A stretch of DNA of 64,000 nucleotides from Candidatus Marinacidobacterium sp. Its GTDB lineage: Bacteria > Acidobacteriota > Vicinamibacteria > Marinacidobacterales > Marinacidobacteraceae. The translations under genes were made by a program, and so were the position numbers. Numbering within the stretch: the first letter of the stretch is position 1; each line of letters begins with the position of its first letter. The notes under the pieces were generated by a model. That model ran no database searches. It saw only the letters and a program-made list of their open reading frames with translations, and was not told the origin of the DNA. The stretch is taken from contig OZ244852.1 in NCBI GenBank assembly GCA_965220965.1, forward strand, positions 992,001 to 1,056,000, read 5' to 3'. Below, piece after piece: positions 60,065 through 64,000 of this stretch.

Positions 60065-61690
60065 TCACTCGACCCGGCCCTGCAGATGCCAGGAGCGGCG
60101 TTCGCGGTCGTAGAAGACCCAGCAGACCTCACCCCGCTTCAGGCGGACGAAGAAGTAATCCCGCTGGATCGGTCGACCGGAGAGCTGACGCCACCACCCT
60201 CCCGAAACCCGGTAGGGACCCGCAAACGACTCGACCGGGCCGTGCTCGATCCCCCGGAGAAGCCAGCCGTCCGGCTCCCCCGCGCCCCGGTGGGGGAGGA
60301 TCAGCGGCTGCTCGTAGATGCGGCGAACGATCGCGCCCGGCGGGTCCGCCGAAAGCCGGCGCAGCTTCCTGGAGCGTCGCCGGGCCGTCCCGGGGGAAAC
60401 CACGACCCGGGGCGCAACCGGCCGGACCCGGTAACGGCTCCGCGGAAGGTGCGCCTCGCGGACCTCGACCCGGACCAGGGCGTCATCCCCGAACTCGGCC
60501 TGGATCCGGGCCAGCGCCTCGGCGGCGCGCTTCGGGTCGCGGGATGCGCCGGCCCCCGGCTTTCCCCAGGCGCTCGCGAAAAGATCCGGCTTCCCGATCA
60601 CCGGGGTCCCGCCGCGAGCGCGGAGAACGAAGGCCGTGATTCCCGGTTCCGGAACTCCGGCCGGATCCCGGGGCCCGGGGGACCGCTGCGGGAACTCGCT
60701 CCGGAGCCGCAACCGGAGCAGCGAGAGCAGCCGGACCCCGTCCTCCGACGGCAGCGCCGGAAGCACCGAACCGGTGGCCTGGGACCCGTCCTCGCGGTGG
60801 ATCCGGTAGTTCAGCCCGGTGACCGCGAGCCCCCGGTCCCCGAGCTCCTCGAGGAGCCGGTCCAGCAGCCGCTTCACCTGAAAAACAAGCCGCTCGCCGT
60901 CGGTCTCCGCCGGCTCGAACCGGATCCGGCGTTCGACCGAAGGCTCCCGGGAGACGACGCGGGAAGCGGACGCCTCGATTTCGCCCGAAGCCAGCCGATG
61001 GAGCTGGCGGGCCTCGTCGCCGAAACGGGCGCCCAGCTCCCCCCCTGGAAGCCGTAGCAGATCCCGGAGCAGGCGGACGCCGAGCCGGTCGAGGCCCAGA
61101 AGCGTTCGCTCTGACAGGCCGAAGCGGACCAGGGGGGCTTGTCCCGCCGCCCGCTTCTCCTCCTCGCGCCGCTCGAAGACCTGCTGACCGAAAACCGCGC
61201 GCGCCGCCGCGAAGGCGCCGAACCGGGTGAATCCCACCGCGACCGAAGCCTGGTAACCGTCCTCCGCAAGATCCCGGCGAAGCGCTTCCACCCAGTCCGG
61301 GAGCGGGCCGAACAACGTGGAGAGGCCGGAGGCGCGAAGCCAGAACGACCCGGCGGCGGCGAAACCGGAGAGCTCCGCGCCCGACGTCGAGGCCGAATCG
61401 ACCTGCGGGCTCCAGCGGTGGAGACGCTCCGAGAGCCGCGCCACCTCGCGCTCCACCTCCCGGGGCCGGACGTGGCCTGTCCGCAGGCCGGGGCAGCAGG
61501 TCGACGCCGCCACCTGCGGCATCCCCGGACGCACTCCCAGCCGGACCGCCCGCCGGTTCACCCAGCGGACCCGGGCGTGGACCTTGTCCTCGGTCAGGAC
61601 GGCGACCGGTTCCTCCCGCCACGCCGGGTGGCGCCGGAGCAGAATCTGCAGCGGCAGCGCCGGAACATCAACACATGCCAGCCGGTTCAC
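60065..61690 (-). CDS. imuB: ImuB (inactive Y-family polymerase homologue)
   Basis: No catalytic D-M-D; GVRPGM motif; C-terminal GPYRVSGGWW...RDYF...WVFYD...W.LQG; cassette position. Confidence 0.9.
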   Translation of the reverse strand: MNRLACVDVPALPLQILLRRHPAWREEPVAVLTEDKVHARVRWVNRRAVRLGVRPGMPQVAASTCCPGLRTGHVRPREVEREVARLSERLHRWSPQVDSASTSGAELSGFAAAGSFWLRASGLSTLFGPLPDWVEALRRDLAEDGYQASVAVGFTRFGAFAAARAVFGQQVFERREEEKRAAGQAPLVRFGLSERTLLGLDRLGVRLLRDLLRLPGGELGARFGDEARQLHRLASGEIEASASRVVSREPSVERRIRFEPAETDGERLVFQVKRLLDRLLEELGDRGLAVTGLNYRIHREDGSQATGSVLPALPSEDGVRLLSLLRLRLRSEFPQRSPGPRDPAGVPEPGITAFVLRARGGTPVIGKPDLFASAWGKPGAGASRDPKRAAEALARIQAEFGDDALVRVEVREAHLPRSRYRVRPVAPRVVVSPGTARRRSRKLRRLSADPPGAIVRRIYEQPLILPHRGAGEPDGWLLRGIEHGPVESFAGPYRVSGGWWRQLSGRPIQRDYFFVRLKRGEVCWVFYDRERRSWHLQGRVE

Positions 61691-62444
61691 GGCATCTCCT
61701 TTCGAACCGGGATCCGGGAGGGAGGGCGGACAATCCGGAAACCGTCCGGTCCCTCCGCGGGGAAGGGGACGGACCGGCGCTCCGGGCCTTGTCCTTGATC
61801 ACCGTGATCACGAGCTCGCTTCCGCGGCGCCTGGCGTCGTAGCGCTGGACCACCCGGGGGTCGATCGAGGCCGCCTGCGCCGGCTTGCCGGTCAGGAGAA
61901 CGAGCGCGCTCGAGTGTTTGCGGGCCAGACCCGAGAGGCGGGAAAGGGGAGGGACAGGCGCCTGCCGGGGAGAAGAGGCTCCTCTCCGGGCGGCGACGGA
62001 AAGGGGCGCAGTCGCCGAATCCACGAGATCCACGACGACGAGCCCGAAGGCGCCGGACTGGGCGATGTGGGTGGCCGCGCGGATCTGATCCGCCAGGGTC
62101 TCGAGCCGGAGGAGAACGAGGCGGTCCAGATCGACGCCCGCTTCCACCGCATCGGGAGGAAAGAAGAGGCTTCGGGTCGTCCCCACCCAGGCGATGAACC
62201 CCTCCTCGCCGTCGGCGCTTTGGGCCTCCGCCACCAGGGCCATCGCCGAAGAGAGCGCGCCGGAGGCGGCGGCGCCGGAAATCTCGACGAGGCCGCCCCG
62301 AAGGCGGGCGAGGGTCCACTCGGGGAGGTCGGGAGCAGCCCGCCGGCTTCGTGGCGCCGCAGACGGGTCGAGAGCGGTCGCGCCGTGCGTGGGAAGCGGT
62401 TCCGGATTGCGTCCGGCGAGCGGGAAGGTGGATGGGAACGTCAT
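61668..62444 (-). CDS. imuA: ImuA (RecA-like, degenerate Walker A)
   Basis: GGLVEISGAAASGALS, FFPPD..EAGVDLDRLV and QSGAFGLVVVDL. Confidence 0.85.
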   Translation of the reverse strand: MTFPSTFPLAGRNPEPLPTHGATALDPSAAPRSRRAAPDLPEWTLARLRGGLVEISGAAASGALSSAMALVAEAQSADGEEGFIAWVGTTRSLFFPPDAVEAGVDLDRLVLLRLETLADQIRAATHIAQSGAFGLVVVDLVDSATAPLSVAARRGASSPRQAPVPPLSRLSGLARKHSSALVLLTGKPAQAASIDPRVVQRYDARRRGSELVITVIKDKARSAGPSPSPRRDRTVSGLSALPPGSRFERRCREPAGMC

Positions 62445-63082
62445 CGGAACGTGCGGCGCAGTTCGGTGACGACGCCGAGAATGCGGCAGGTCCCGGGAGC
62501 GGGACGGAGGATTTCGAAGTCGGGGTTTTCGGGGCGGAGCTCGAGACCGCCCGGACCCAGGTGGAGGCGTTTCACGGTGGCCTCGTCCTCCACCAGCGCC
62601 ACCACGATCCGGCCCGAAGCGGGTTGGATCTCCCGCTCCACGATGACGGTGTCCCCGGGAAGGATCCCGGCCCCGGTCATGCTCTCGCCGCGGACGCGCA
62701 GAGCGAAGAAGTCGGAGGCGTCGCGCGAATCCGGAACTTCCACCGGGAGAGTCCCGGCGGGGTCTTCCACGGCCTCCTCGAACCCCCCGGCGGCGACCTC
62801 CCCGAGGAGAGGGACCTCCTCGAGGCGACGCCGGAAGGAAAACCGCCCGGAGACCTCATGGGGGAGTCCGTCCGGAAGCCGGTAGCCCCGGGACCTGCCC
62901 GGCTGACGGTCGAGGCGCCCCTCCTCCACCAGCGCGGCGAGGTGCGTCCGCACCGTTTCCACCGCCCGGAAGCCGAAGTGGTCCCGCACTTCGCGAAGCG
63001 AAGGCGAGTCTCCCCGCAGCAGCCGGTCGCGGACAAAACGGAACACCCGTTCCCGGGTCTGTCCTGGAGGAGTTCGGGGCAT
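62441..63082 (-). CDS. lexA: LexA repressor
   Basis: wHTH (PSLREVRDHFGF), cleavage site VAAG, catalytic Ser (GESM) and Lys (ATVKR). Confidence 0.95.
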   Translation of the reverse strand: MPRTPPGQTRERVFRFVRDRLLRGDSPSLREVRDHFGFRAVETVRTHLAALVEEGRLDRQPGRSRGYRLPDGLPHEVSGRFSFRRRLEEVPLLGEVAAGGFEEAVEDPAGTLPVEVPDSRDASDFFALRVRGESMTGAGILPGDTVIVEREIQPASGRIVVALVEDEATVKRLHLGPGGLELRPENPDFEILRPAPGTCRILGVVTELRRTFR

Positions 63083-63088
63083 GCCGGG

Positions 63089-63115
63089 AGCATACCAGAC
63101 ATTTGTCTGGTATGC
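63089..63115 (-). promoter_or_regulatory. Extended -10 promoter (TG-G-TATGCT) overlapped by a perfect inverted repeat; candidate LexA operator
   Basis: GCATACCAGACA-TT-TGTCTGGTATGC (63090-63115). The -10 ends 6 nt before the lexA ATG. Confidence 0.8.
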
Positions 63116-63193
63116 GAATTGACCTGATCACCTGTTACGCGCCGTTGCGCGACAATCCGTCCCGAGCCGCACATCGGGAACGCAGGAACGACG

Positions 63194-64000
63194 ATGCCAG
63201 GAACCCCACGCCCACCGACTCTCCGGGGCCGTCGTTCCCTCCTCGCCTCAGCCGGCTTCGTCTTCGCCGCCCTCGTCGTCTCCTCCTGCGCCGCCACCGG
63301 CCCCGATCCGGCCGTCTTCTGGTCGGACCACGACGACGCGAATCCCGCCTCGATCCGGCATGACCTCTGGCAGGAGATCCTCGACGCGCGTCTCGTGACC
63401 GACGACCCCTCCGGCGTCCACCTCTTCGACTACGGCGGCCTCCAGGCCAGCCCGGGGGACCGAAGCCGGCTCCGGGGCTACCTCTCCCACCTCGAGTCGA
63501 TCGACCCCAGGCGCTACTCGCGCGACGAGCAGATGGCCTACTGGATCAACTTCTACAACGCCCTCACGGTGGAAGTGGTCGTGAGCGAATACCCGGTGGA
63601 CTCGATCCGGAACATCCACCAGGGCATCGTGCCCCTCTCCGGCCCGTGGGGGGATGTGCGCGCCGCGGTCGCCGGGCAGGGCCTGACCCTCGACAACATC
63701 GAGCACGACATCCTGCGCGCGCTCTGGCGGGACCCCCGGATCCACTACGCGGTGAACTGCGCCAGTCTCGGCTGTCCGAACCTGCTCCCCACCGTCTTCC
63801 GCGCCGAAACCCTCGAACCGATGCTGGAAGCGGCGGCCCGGGGTTACATCAATCACCCCCGCGGCGTGGATGTCCGGGGCCCGACCTCCGCCGTCGCCTC
63901 GAGCATCTACGACTGGTTCCAGGAGGACTTCGGAGGGACCGAGGCCGGAGTCCGGGACCACCTGCTTCGCTACGCCGAACCGGACCTCGCGAGCCGCCTC
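63194..64000 (+). CDS. DUF547-domain lipoprotein, 3' truncated by the window
   Basis: Manual translation: lipobox LVVSSC; EQMAYWINFYNALTV, LTLDNIEHDILR, DPRIHYAVNCASLGCP and SSIYDWF..DFGG. Confidence 0.88.
   Translation, partial: MPGTPRPPTLRGRRSLLASAGFVFAALVVSSCAATGPDPAVFWSDHDDANPASIRHDLWQEILDARLVTDDPSGVHLFDYGGLQASPGDRSRLRGYLSHLESIDPRRYSRDEQMAYWINFYNALTVEVVVSEYPVDSIRNIHQGIVPLSGPWGDVRAAVAGQGLTLDNIEHDILRALWRDPRIHYAVNCASLGCPNLLPTVFRAETLEPMLEAAARGYINHPRGVDVRGPTSAVASSIYDWFQEDFGGTEAGVRDHLLRYAEPDLASRL

Noticed and set aside
61668-62444. Calling this gene recA
   Set aside because: It is too short, lacks the Walker A lysine and sits in the ImuA position.

Overview
This is a gene-dense, very GC-rich (by eye about 70% or more) chromosomal window from a diderm bacterium. 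Gene order (def-fmt-rsmB-PASTA-rpe; accA-long lptC/A-lptB-rpoN-PTS) suggests Acidobacteriota, which is an inference. Most of it is core genome: tRNA-Gly(CCC), ald, phosphomannomutase, pgsA, bamD, a Cu-ATPase, gdh, TRAP and TTT transporters, mutS, tsaB, psd-pssA, guaA, dnaE, accA, lptB, rpoN, a permease-less PTS, and a lexA-imuA-imuB-dnaE2 mutagenesis cassette. I saw no integrase, transposase or CRISPR array. The most notable signals are: (1) a perfect 12-2-12 palindrome over a leaderless extended -10 promoter of lexA, a candidate new SOS box; (2) a sigma54 -24/-12 site in front of the operon that encodes rpoN itself; (3) an orphan ~1360-aa multi-sensor histidine kinase coupled to a lipoprotein and divergent from a beta-propeller protein; (4) a single ~720-aa LptC/LptA-like protein; (5) an animal-like GDH with an antenna-like insert; (6) three probable CTG starts at CTGA overlaps and recurrent leaderless-type promoters. 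All family assignments come from motif recognition by eye; no database searches were run.
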